From: Methanomassiliicoccales archaeon
Lineage (GTDB): Archaea > Thermoplasmatota > Thermoplasmata > RBG-16-68-12 > SOIM01
Assembly: GCA_004377185.1 (NCBI GenBank)
Contig: SOIM01000058.1
Coordinates: 67,828-131,827, forward strand
Length of the DNA: 64,000 nucleotides
Direction: 5' to 3'
Position 1 is the stretch's first letter. The number at the start of each line of letters is the position of its first letter. Below are positions 9,237-17,716 of this stretch, one piece after another. The translations under genes were made by a program, and so were the position numbers. The notes under the pieces were generated by a model. That model searched no databases. It had not been told where the DNA came from and worked only from the letters and a program-made list of their open reading frames with translations.

Positions 9237-9260
9237 TTCCTCACACCTCCTTGACAATCC

Positions 9261-10574
9261 TCAATCCACCAATTTCTTCACTTCAAGAGCCTCCATGAAA
9301 GCATCCATTTTTCCCATCGTGCCGGCCTCGTCGAATTCCCTTTCATCTCCCATGTTTCCTTCGAACACCAACACTGGGAAACCGGCCTTCTGGAGTGCCA
9401 GTCTGTTCTCTGCTATGCCCAGGCTCAGTCCCTCGCAACCTCGATTGTAGTGCAACATGACACCATTGACGTGCCATTCTCTGGCTATCCTTATCATCAT
9501 TTCGCTCTTCAACTGGGGAGAGTAGAAGTGCTGCCATTCTGGTTTTGCAAGATTCCATATCACCAGTTCTCTCAATGCATCCTCCCTGGTGTTTATCGTG
9601 ATTCCTCTCTCCATAGGAGTGGTCTTTGGTTCCCAGGTTCCGTCCTCCTTCACTTCCCATGCCCCAGCTAGACCGAAGGAGTATAGAGAACCTATCGAGA
9701 TGCATCCGAATTTCTCGAGATACCTGAACACGCTCAAGAACCCCCACGGGGGTTGGGTATCACTCATCACCCGGGCCTGCTCGTTCCCAACAGCTGCAAT
9801 TCCTCGCTTTACTCTATCCTTCATTTCTTCATACAGGGTATCGTAGAAATCCGCAAACTCTTTCTTGGCCCTGCTCAGAACAGCGAAGACGTACAGGGAA
9901 TACATTGTTTTCTCATCGAGAGGGGCTGGGATGTTCTTGTTGAGTTCGCAGATCTTCGCCCAGGAGTTAGTCGATCGGAACTCGGTTTTCACAGCTTCGA
10001 TCAACTTCTTGTCGTCATAGGTTCTTCCGGTCGTTTTCTCCAGCCAATCGATACCGTCCATGAGCTGCCCGACAATGTACTGAATTCTGTTCTCATCAAT
10101 CGCCTCGAAGGGTCCGACTGCCACGTCTACCGAATAAGCTGGAATATCACCCTCCAACTCCGAAACGACCTGGTACCACTTGGCATGACTGCAACAAATA
10201 TGATCCTGCCAAACGAAATCAGCCTTTGGAAACTCCCCACCGAAGGCGTACTTGTTAAGAATGATTGAACCCCAATAATTCCTCATGTAGGAGCACAAGT
10301 CCCTTGCGTAGCCGGCAGCCTCCGTTGCTTCCAGGCATTGAAGTGAGAATTCTCTGTTGAACGCAATTGATGCGGCGTAGGGCTCCCCTGTTAGAGGATA
10401 GACATCATCACCTAGACCGTATGGCACAGCATCGAAGGACCAAGCGCCCCCGCACCATCTAATTCCACCCTCTTCGTGAGCTTTGGCGTAATCCTCATAA
10501 TACTTCATTCTCAATCTTTTTGCTTCTTTCCAGCATTTCAAGGGCTCTGTCGGGTATTTTGTTTCCGTTGCCAT
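9261..10574 (-). CDS. 2-hydroxyacyl-CoA dehydratase / benzoyl-CoA reductase catalytic subunit (HgdB/BcrB/BadE family)
   Basis: 437 aa with HgdB/BcrB-family fold signatures. GGAGGTG SD. Tightly coupled to the neighbouring genes. Confidence 0.8.
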   Translation of the reverse strand: MATETKYPTEPLKCWKEAKRLRMKYYEDYAKAHEEGGIRWCGGAWSFDAVPYGLGDDVYPLTGEPYAASIAFNREFSLQCLEATEAAGYARDLCSYMRNYWGSIILNKYAFGGEFPKADFVWQDHICCSHAKWYQVVSELEGDIPAYSVDVAVGPFEAIDENRIQYIVGQLMDGIDWLEKTTGRTYDDKKLIEAVKTEFRSTNSWAKICELNKNIPAPLDEKTMYSLYVFAVLSRAKKEFADFYDTLYEEMKDRVKRGIAAVGNEQARVMSDTQPPWGFLSVFRYLEKFGCISIGSLYSFGLAGAWEVKEDGTWEPKTTPMERGITINTREDALRELVIWNLAKPEWQHFYSPQLKSEMMIRIAREWHVNGVMLHYNRGCEGLSLGIAENRLALQKAGFPVLVFEGNMGDEREFDEAGTMGKMDAFMEALEVKKLVD

Positions 10575-10586
10575 TTGTTCACCTCC

Positions 10587-11711
10587 TCAGAAAAGATCCT
10601 CCCCTTCAAGCATCTCCAGAAATGCCTCCACGCGTGTCTTGAACTGTCCAACTGCTACCGTCACATCCAGTTCCAAGAACAACGTTTGTATGCCATTCGA
10701 TTCCAGTGTCTTTTTTATGGAAGGAATGTCCAACTCATGAGGGTCGCAGAACTTCTGCTGTAGCAGTATCGCACCGCTCACATTCCAATCCTTTGCAATG
10801 TTGAGAATATGGGGAATCCTAGTCCTTACCTCCCAGTCCTTGCTCGGGCAGGGAGGTCTCTGCACGTACCTCTCAGCTATTGCCAGGAGCCTGTCCCCGT
10901 TCGGCTGGACATCATTCCAAAAATACCTGCTGCCAGTGCAGTGGTCATCAGCAACGATTGTCGAACCGCAGCCTTCCACCATATCTACGAATTTCGTGTC
11001 GTCATTCTCGCTGCCCAGAATCATCAGCCTTTGACCCGTTGATCTCTCCAGCTTTCTCCCCTGAAGTTCCTTGATCGTCTCCTCAAGAATGTCACTGTGG
11101 TCGTTCTTCTCGATCGTCTGACTTGAAACGGCCATATACATTGCTTCCAGACCTGTCATCGGCGGGTCCGCCTCTTTCCGAAGCTCGTAGGCCTCTCGCA
11201 TCAACCGCCTGTTCTTGTTCATCATCTCTATTCCGCGATCCAGGTCTTCGTCCGTAATCTCTTTTTCCGTCCAATCCTCAACTGCCTTCTTGAACCTCTC
11301 GAGTTCGCCTTTCAGATAGGGGACGGCCCGAGGACTCTGCACCTTGTTGGGCATGGGAAGGTAGTAGCTGAATGGAACGGGTATGTGCATCTCCCAGCTG
11401 GTGTAGGCTTGCCTGATGTGCAGGCACGATTGTGCGATCATTAAACCATCAAGATAGTCGTATCTCCCCTTCAATCCTTGAGCCAGACAGTCCCTGCAGA
11501 ACGGGCAGAACATACCGAAGATATGCGGTTCGGTTACGTCCTGCGGCTCATGACTGCCCAGAATGCGTACCGGCAACACGTCCGCGGCCAGGAGTATCTC
11601 CTCCGGCACATACGTGCAGAAATAGCCCATCACCTTTCCACCAGTCTTCTCCTTCCATTCCTTAGCGTACTCGTGTTTTGCATCGTACCATTCTTTGAAC
11701 ATCTCAATCAT
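10587..11711 (-). CDS. 2-hydroxyacyl-CoA dehydratase / benzoyl-CoA reductase catalytic subunit (HgdA/BcrC/BadD family)
   Basis: Start at internal ATG 11711 (M100 of the track ORF) with a GGAGAGGAGGATGAGG SD, overlapping the GNAT stop by ATGA. 375 aa, HgdA-like Cys-containing fold. Confidence 0.8.
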   Translation of the reverse strand: MIEMFKEWYDAKHEYAKEWKEKTGGKVMGYFCTYVPEEILLAADVLPVRILGSHEPQDVTEPHIFGMFCPFCRDCLAQGLKGRYDYLDGLMIAQSCLHIRQAYTSWEMHIPVPFSYYLPMPNKVQSPRAVPYLKGELERFKKAVEDWTEKEITDEDLDRGIEMMNKNRRLMREAYELRKEADPPMTGLEAMYMAVSSQTIEKNDHSDILEETIKELQGRKLERSTGQRLMILGSENDDTKFVDMVEGCGSTIVADDHCTGSRYFWNDVQPNGDRLLAIAERYVQRPPCPSKDWEVRTRIPHILNIAKDWNVSGAILLQQKFCDPHELDIPSIKKTLESNGIQTLFLELDVTVAVGQFKTRVEAFLEMLEGEDLF

Positions 11712-12148
11712 TTCCTCATCCTCCTCTCCAGGTTGATGAATTCGCTCCTTTCGAAGCCTATTGATTTGAAGAATGCAAGCAGGTCGCTCGAATCCCATCT
11801 CACGGCTGTGAAAATCCTGTTTATCCCCTTTGAGTTGAAACCTCTGAGCATGGCCTTTCCGAGCTTCTTGCCAATCCCTTGACCCATGTAGTTGGGATCG
11901 ATACCCACATCCACGAGCCAGCCGCTCTTGGTGACACCGAAATCCAGCGTCTTGGTCTCCCCTATGATGAAGCCCACTACCTTCTTGCTGAATGTTGCCA
12001 CAAAACATTGATTATCACTCTCGAGCAGACGAATGGCGATCTCGTGCTGCCAGAACTTGGGCACCTTCTTCTTGGTTATGGATTCTCTTATGGCTATGGT
12101 TGCCGGGATGTCTTTCTCCCTCATCCTTCTTATTTCTACAGTGCTCAT
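11708..12148 (-). CDS. GNAT-family N-acetyltransferase
   Basis: 146 aa, GNAT-family fold. GAGGTGGGGG SD. Confidence 0.8.
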   Translation of the reverse strand: MSTVEIRRMREKDIPATIAIRESITKKKVPKFWQHEIAIRLLESDNQCFVATFSKKVVGFIIGETKTLDFGVTKSGWLVDVGIDPNYMGQGIGKKLGKAMLRGFNSKGINRIFTAVRWDSSDLLAFFKSIGFERSEFINLERRMRK

Positions 12149-12157
12149 TCCCCCACC

Positions 12158-12301
12158 TCATTCAAGTCTTATGATCTTGACCTTCTTGCCAACCCAGTCA
12201 GGCGGGAGGTATACCCTTCCGCTGTTTCCAGCCCGTTTGACTTCCTTCTCGATCATTTCCTGTCCGAAAACCTCGAACTTGGAATCTTTTGCTCTTGCCA
12301 T
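12158..12301 (-). CDS. AbrB/MazE-like swapped-hairpin small DNA-binding protein (DUF2080-like), first gene of the operon
   Basis: 47-aa ORF, below the track cutoff: MARAKDSKFEVFGQEMIEKEVKRAGNSGRVYLPPDWVGKKVKIIRLE. Carries the GNSGRVYLP..VGKKV hallmark of AbrB/SpoVT-type barrels. An AT-rich promoter lies immediately upstream. Confidence 0.5.
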   Translation of the reverse strand: MARAKDSKFEVFGQEMIEKEVKRAGNSGRVYLPPDWVGKKVKIIRLE

Positions 12302-12420
12302 GCCTACCCCTAGATTTAGTTATAATACCGTTGCAATATCATTATAAAGTAACTACATTATAATTGTTTCCCATCAAGCAACTAGAGGAGATCAACTCGT
12401 ATTTGTACAGCATTCCATCT
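12302..12420 (-). promoter_or_regulatory. AT-rich promoter region (TATA-like boxes) of the minus-strand reductase operon
   Basis: ttataataccgttgcaatatcattataaagtaactacattataatt directly upstream of the first operon gene. The only long AT-rich stretch before a 12-kb run of coupled genes. Confidence 0.3.
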
Positions 12421-12497
12421 AGCGTATCTTCCTTAGGAAAATCGGAGATGTGAGATGAACCGTCAGTGGTTTGGGATATGCCGGGTGTTCTGGTTTC

Positions 12498-15400
12498 TCA
12501 GCCTTCCACATCTTCCAGCATTTCGGGCCCCTTGGGTTCTTCTTCTGGAGGGGGTGGTGTCTCTTCCTCCGCAGGTGCTTCGGCTGGTTCTTCCGCAGGT
12601 GCTTCGGTTGGTTCTTCCGCAGGTGCTTCGGTTGGTGCCTCTGCCGGTTCTTCCGGCGGTGGCGGGAGTTCCTCTTCGGCAGGGGGTACCTCTGCAACCT
12701 TCGGCTTTCTCCTCAGCATAAGGCCAACCACAGCAACCACCACTACGATGACGATTATCAAGACAAGTAGCCACCAGTATTCCTCCAAGAAGGACGGAGC
12801 AGCTTTCTCTGCTACTGTGATAGTGCCCTGGACCTCGTTCCAATTACCATTCTCATCGCGAGCGGAGATCTTGTAGTCGTAGTCTCCCGCCTCGTCAAAG
12901 GAGAATTCGTACCCGTACACACCTCCACCCAAGTCATCCATAGATCTGTTGGACAGAACGATTAGGGCATCTGAAACCCTGACAATCTCAATACGTACCC
13001 TGTCCACACCGCTCGCATCGTCGACAGTTGCTTCGAATGTGACAGTTTCCCCGGCCTTTGGTTTCTCTGGGTCAACCGTAACATCGATTGTGGGAGGCGT
13101 CAGCTCACGAATATCGAAGCCTCCAGAAGCTGAAGCCCAATTGTCGCTCGTATCGTTCGCCCAGATTACGAAAGTGTACTCTCCTTCGATATCGAAGTCG
13201 ACTTCATAGTAGTATTCGTCGTCGCCAATGTCATACCTCATTGAGTAGTTTCCCACCTCCTCGCCGTCCGGGTCGGTGATGTTAACCCACACTTCGTCGA
13301 CTTGAACATTGTCCTGCACTGTTGCGGAAATCCTTACGTCCTCGCCCGGGGCTTGCGGATCGGGTTCTGCTTTTTGATCCGTTATTGTCGGACTTTGGGT
13401 ATCAGGTGGCGCACGAATTATTAAATCAACACAGGCGGTAAATGATACGTTGTGGTTAGGCACTTCATCCCATCCATGGACGCATACTTGATACGTTCCA
13501 AGCGCCATACCAGAGGTATAGATTGTGACGTTCACGTCCTCAGAAGGTCCGTCGAACGCCCCATCCAACGGGAACATAGGTGTGGTTGTGAGCCAATCTC
13601 TCTCGATGGTGTAGTTCGCTCCAGCGATATTCGACCCTAGTGCCGGATTGTCGTCGATCGTAGCGTTCAGGTAGACTGTTGTACCGGGCCAGACAGTGGC
13701 GGAAATCGGGTCCTCATTCAAAAGAACGCTCAGGACGTATGGAGGTTTATCATCCACGGAAGAGATGTTCAGTATGGCACATGCACCAATCGAATTGTAG
13801 TTCGGGACATCATCCCAACCGTACACGCAAACCTCATAGTCAGCATCCGCCCAACCAGTGGTGTCGATGAAACTTGGGGTAGAGGTCACGTCTTCGGTGA
13901 AGGTATCAAACGCACCATCCGCGGCCTGCAACGGTACACTGGTGAGCCAATCGCCATCTATTGTGTAGTTTGCTCCTTGGATTGCGGTACTTCCTCGACC
14001 TCCAGTGTCGTCCACCGTTGCATTGACAAAAACTGAAGTATCAGGCATAACAGAAACTGTTGGCTGACCATTCAGTGTAACGCCTGCCACGGCAGGGTCG
14101 ATATCATCAAGAACGATTATCTGAACTGCAGGTGCCGAGTCATTATAGTTCATATCTACGTCCCAAGCGTGCACATAGTAATCGAAGACACCAACTGAAG
14201 TAGGCACAAGAATGTTGGCGGTCACATTCTCCGTGGGTTGGTCGAACGACATGTCCACTGGGAACATATCAATCCCTGGCCAAAAATCAACCAGAGGCGT
14301 TGTGTAGTTGGCCCCCCAGACTACTGAAGAACCGGTAGTGGTATCATCTATTGTGGCGTTCAGAGTGGCTGTGGCCGGAAGTGTGGACAGCAAGAAAACT
14401 GCAGACGGTCCACCATCTATCTCGATATTGCTGATTTGTGGTGCCAGATCATCCAGGACAGTGACAGATGTGCATGAACCCGTGGTGTTGTAGTTCGGAA
14501 CTATGTCCTGGCCGTACACACAGTAGATTGTTGTTCCAACTGGAGGTGTGATCACCGCGGTAACATCTTCGGTGGGCGAATCAAACATGCCATCCGCTGG
14601 ATTCATGAGAGTGCTGGTCGCCCAGTCTTGAACACCGATCGTATAGTTCGCACCACCAATGGGCAAGTTGCCCGTTCCGCTATCATCGATTGTCGCGTTC
14701 AAATATATGACTGGAGGAATATTGGAGAGGTCGTAGATTGGATTCATTTGACCATTAATCCTCACATTCAGTACCTGAGGGGCGTTCGTGTCAGGAGCAC
14801 CTTGGCCGGCAGTCAGATTGACCCACACGTAGTCAATCGTATCGAACGGATCCGGGTCCATCAGAGGGTCGACCACGAAATTCGGAGTGCCTATGCCACT
14901 TATAGAAACATTGACAACTGGGTCATAGCCCCAAAGATTGAAGCCCGCGGGCAACAGCCCATTGAGAATGTTCCTCTCCGCATCAGTATCATAGGTCGTA
15001 TTTATCTCAAGTCTGTGCGTGCTGGCAACGGGTATGGTTGTGTTGGAAGTGAAATTCGCTACCATGAGACCCGAAGGAGGATTTGGGGATACGACCGAAC
15101 CCAACAAATCAAAGATGAATGAGTCTGTGCCTGGGACCAGATCATAATGGATTCCATCCACATAGAATTGGTCAATTGTGGTCGAGAAAATCGGGGGCGC
15201 AGCGCCACCAGACATAAAAAGGAAAACATCCAATTCAGTCTGGTTGACAAAGCCGTCCCTGTTCCCGACCACCATGTCTATCATGAACCTCATCGATTGG
15301 TTGTCCACCCCCATTTCAAACCTCGTATCGGAAACAACGTTATCCCAGTCGGTCATCACCAGGGTCGTATTCATTAGGTCAGCAACTGGCAATTCAAGCG

Positions 15401-17546
15401 ACCTTGTGACCTCAGCAGAGCCAACAACAGATGTCTGGGATATGTTAGACTGCAAATCCCAACTGTCTATGAGCACAAAGAAGTCTCCGTCAAATACCGT
15501 GACCTCATAATAGCCCGTGGAGTTGGAGGTTGTCTGCATCATCCAGCCGTAGGTGCCGTTCAATACGACGATGTCAGCCATATCCACGGAAGACCCGCTG
15601 GTTGCATTATACACATATCCCCATATGGTCGCTGGCGGGAGGGACAGAAAGTCAGCAGCGAAGTAGAGACCTGTCATATGCATGTCCGAATCGAGGAAAA
15701 GAGGTCCCATCGGATCGAAAGACATCAAATTCATGAAGACGAAATATGGTCCGTCCGCTCCATGTCTGCTTATGTCTATCCCGCTGAATCTGAGAGGAAT
15801 GAATGTGGCCCCAGCACTGAGATTCGCAATCTGCTGAGCCCCGGTAATCGGCATGAAAAATGGGTCCAACAGCGTAGCAACGACCGCATACCACCCGGGA
15901 TCGTTCACAAGAATCGAAGCATTTACGACCAAGAAATCATACACACCGTCCGGAGGAGCGTCTATGTCCAGGGCGTAGTCACTGTGGGGAGGATTGAAAA
16001 GCGCTGCAGGCAAGTCGAAATCTGTTGCGAGATATAGCTGGGTCAGGAAGGAGTCCGAATCAAGTGTGAGAAACATCATATCAAGGACATCGAGGAACAC
16101 AAGATAGGGGCCATCAATTCCAGACATAGAGATGTCCGAGCCCGGGAACAGAAGATCCACCGTCTGTGAACCGATATCCAGCCAGGTTGAGTTCGTTGCT
16201 GACGTGATGAAGAACATTCCAGTTTGGTCGTACAAGTATCCCCAGACAGTATAACTGCCGGGAGCGTCCACGGTGAGGTTTGCGTTCACCACCAGGAAAT
16301 TGTAGTCCGAATCACCATCAGTGTCGAGCCCATAGTCCCAGTGCGGTGGAGAGAATGCACATGGAGGATTGGGCTCAAAATCGGTGAACAGATATGCGGC
16401 TGTGACGTGCGTGTCGCTGTCAAGCAGATTCCAGAACTCATCATAGAGATTGAGGTCTATCAGGTAGGGTCCATCCACTCCAAAATTGAAAATCTGGAAA
16501 CCGTAGAACTTCAAATCAACTGTCTGGATTCCCGTTGAAAGATAAGTCACATTCTGGGTCCAACCGAAGGCGGTGGACCCGTCCACACTGTAATTCCCTG
16601 CAGTGGTCACATCTACGCTGGCAGTGACAACGAGGAATTCATACAGAAGATTCCCGTTTGTATCCCAGCCCCAATCACTATGTGGCGGCAAGAAAGTCGC
16701 AGGTGGGAATGCGAAATCGGTTGCCAAATACGGGTTCGTGAAGTAGGTGTCGTTGTGCAAGAAATTGAACATACTGTCATACAAGTAAAGGTCAACCCTG
16801 TACGGTCCATCAATACCAGAACCGCGAATAAGATACCCCAAGAAACCGATGTCGACGGTGTGCGTGCCAACGGTCAGGAAGGTGAAATTGACCTGGAAAT
16901 CTATGAATGTCATTCCAGTAGCGTCAAGAAGCGTCGCATCGAGCTCATAGTTGCCTGAGACGTTGACGGTCACCTCCGCACCTACGACGAGAAGGTCCCA
17001 CAGCATATCCCCATTGTTATCGATGCCCTGATCCGAGTGGGGAGGGGTGAAGTAGGCGTCCGGACCTTCGAAATCGGTCGCCAAATAGGCGCTTGTGGTA
17101 TGAGTGTTAAGATCCAAAGGCATGAATAAATCGTCAAACAACACCACCTCGACTTGATAGGGGCCGTCATAGCCAGATTGACGGATTATGAACCCAGGGA
17201 ACTTCACATTTATCCATTGGGCTCCAAGACCTAGATCGGCCATTGCAAATTGGCTGTCTATCATGATCATTCCCGAGTTGTCATAGAGGTTACCTATGAG
17301 ATAGAAGATTCCAGCGCCTGTTACATCAACGCTCGCATTCACAATGAGTTCGTCATAGAGGCCGTTTGGCGGCATATCAGTATCCACGGCCTGGTCCGAG
17401 TGGGGAGGCGTAAAACTCCCGCTCGAGGCGCCCACGATGCCAGCAATCCCAGAGAACACACCGAAGACCATGAATGCCGCTATCGTCAGCACAAACATTC
17501 TTCCGGCTCGCTCACTAGAGGGTTTTGAACAGGTTGCATCTTTCAT
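12498..17546 (-). CDS. Giant cell-surface protein: signal peptide, about 7 tandem ~95-aa beta-sandwich repeats, further Ig-like/PKD-like domains, C-terminal TM helix and acidic Pro/Glu-rich tail
   Basis: Start at M10 (ATG 17546) with GGAGGAAG SD; 1682 aa from this start (the track ORF from GTG 17573 is 1691 aa). Hydrophobic signal MFVLTIAAFMVFGVF. Recurring FTPPHSD...DGPY...LYD repeats. WANDTSDNW-type domains. Tail WWLLVLIIVIVVVVAVVGL then (AEEPTEAP)n. Many N-x-S/T sequons. Confidence 0.8.
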   Translation of the reverse strand: MKDATCSKPSSERAGRMFVLTIAAFMVFGVFSGIAGIVGASSGSFTPPHSDQAVDTDMPPNGLYDELIVNASVDVTGAGIFYLIGNLYDNSGMIMIDSQFAMADLGLGAQWINVKFPGFIIRQSGYDGPYQVEVVLFDDLFMPLDLNTHTTSAYLATDFEGPDAYFTPPHSDQGIDNNGDMLWDLLVVGAEVTVNVSGNYELDATLLDATGMTFIDFQVNFTFLTVGTHTVDIGFLGYLIRGSGIDGPYRVDLYLYDSMFNFLHNDTYFTNPYLATDFAFPPATFLPPHSDWGWDTNGNLLYEFLVVTASVDVTTAGNYSVDGSTAFGWTQNVTYLSTGIQTVDLKFYGFQIFNFGVDGPYLIDLNLYDEFWNLLDSDTHVTAAYLFTDFEPNPPCAFSPPHWDYGLDTDGDSDYNFLVVNANLTVDAPGSYTVWGYLYDQTGMFFITSATNSTWLDIGSQTVDLLFPGSDISMSGIDGPYLVFLDVLDMMFLTLDSDSFLTQLYLATDFDLPAALFNPPHSDYALDIDAPPDGVYDFLVVNASILVNDPGWYAVVATLLDPFFMPITGAQQIANLSAGATFIPLRFSGIDISRHGADGPYFVFMNLMSFDPMGPLFLDSDMHMTGLYFAADFLSLPPATIWGYVYNATSGSSVDMADIVVLNGTYGWMMQTTSNSTGYYEVTVFDGDFFVLIDSWDLQSNISQTSVVGSAEVTRSLELPVADLMNTTLVMTDWDNVVSDTRFEMGVDNQSMRFMIDMVVGNRDGFVNQTELDVFLFMSGGAAPPIFSTTIDQFYVDGIHYDLVPGTDSFIFDLLGSVVSPNPPSGLMVANFTSNTTIPVASTHRLEINTTYDTDAERNILNGLLPAGFNLWGYDPVVNVSISGIGTPNFVVDPLMDPDPFDTIDYVWVNLTAGQGAPDTNAPQVLNVRINGQMNPIYDLSNIPPVIYLNATIDDSGTGNLPIGGANYTIGVQDWATSTLMNPADGMFDSPTEDVTAVITPPVGTTIYCVYGQDIVPNYNTTGSCTSVTVLDDLAPQISNIEIDGGPSAVFLLSTLPATATLNATIDDTTTGSSVVWGANYTTPLVDFWPGIDMFPVDMSFDQPTENVTANILVPTSVGVFDYYVHAWDVDMNYNDSAPAVQIIVLDDIDPAVAGVTLNGQPTVSVMPDTSVFVNATVDDTGGRGSTAIQGANYTIDGDWLTSVPLQAADGAFDTFTEDVTSTPSFIDTTGWADADYEVCVYGWDDVPNYNSIGACAILNISSVDDKPPYVLSVLLNEDPISATVWPGTTVYLNATIDDNPALGSNIAGANYTIERDWLTTTPMFPLDGAFDGPSEDVNVTIYTSGMALGTYQVCVHGWDEVPNHNVSFTACVDLIIRAPPDTQSPTITDQKAEPDPQAPGEDVRISATVQDNVQVDEVWVNITDPDGEEVGNYSMRYDIGDDEYYYEVDFDIEGEYTFVIWANDTSDNWASASGGFDIRELTPPTIDVTVDPEKPKAGETVTFEATVDDASGVDRVRIEIVRVSDALIVLSNRSMDDLGGGVYGYEFSFDEAGDYDYKISARDENGNWNEVQGTITVAEKAAPSFLEEYWWLLVLIIVIVVVVAVVGLMLRRKPKVAEVPPAEEELPPPPEEPAEAPTEAPAEEPTEAPAEEPAEAPAEEETPPPPEEEPKGPEMLEDVEG
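12571..12666. repeat. 24-bp tandem coding repeat x4 (gcaggtgcttcggttggttcttcc) encoding the (AEEPTEAP)n tail of the giant surface protein
   Basis: Four head-to-tail 24-nt units read directly from the sequence, with 1-3 substitutions each. Confidence 0.8.
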
Positions 17547-17716
17547 CCACGCTTCCTCCAAACCTTTTCCCACGTTGTCAAATGCTTTATCTATTAAAAT
17601 CTTGGCTTCTCAATTCCCATTTGAATAACTGACCATTCTCGCATATCTCGCAGCGAAATCGCTTTTCCAAAACAATAAATATCGCTGTTGGCTTACGCCC
17701 GCATGGGAGGAGTGAT

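Noticed and set aside
12158-12301. Mobile element suggested by the DUF2080 'transposon-encoded protein' family resemblance
   Set aside because: No transposase, integrase, inverted terminal repeats or target-site duplications are visible nearby. The gene is translationally coupled to metabolic genes, so it is treated as an operon regulator.
12455-12876. Several overlapping ORFs (12455-12721+, 12466-12876+, 12471-12770+, 12463-12843-, 12419-12697-) with Gly/Ser/Ala or Arg/Lys repeat translations
   Set aside because: All are alternative-frame or antisense readings of the 24-bp (AEEPTEAP)n tandem repeat at the 3' end of the giant surface-protein gene.
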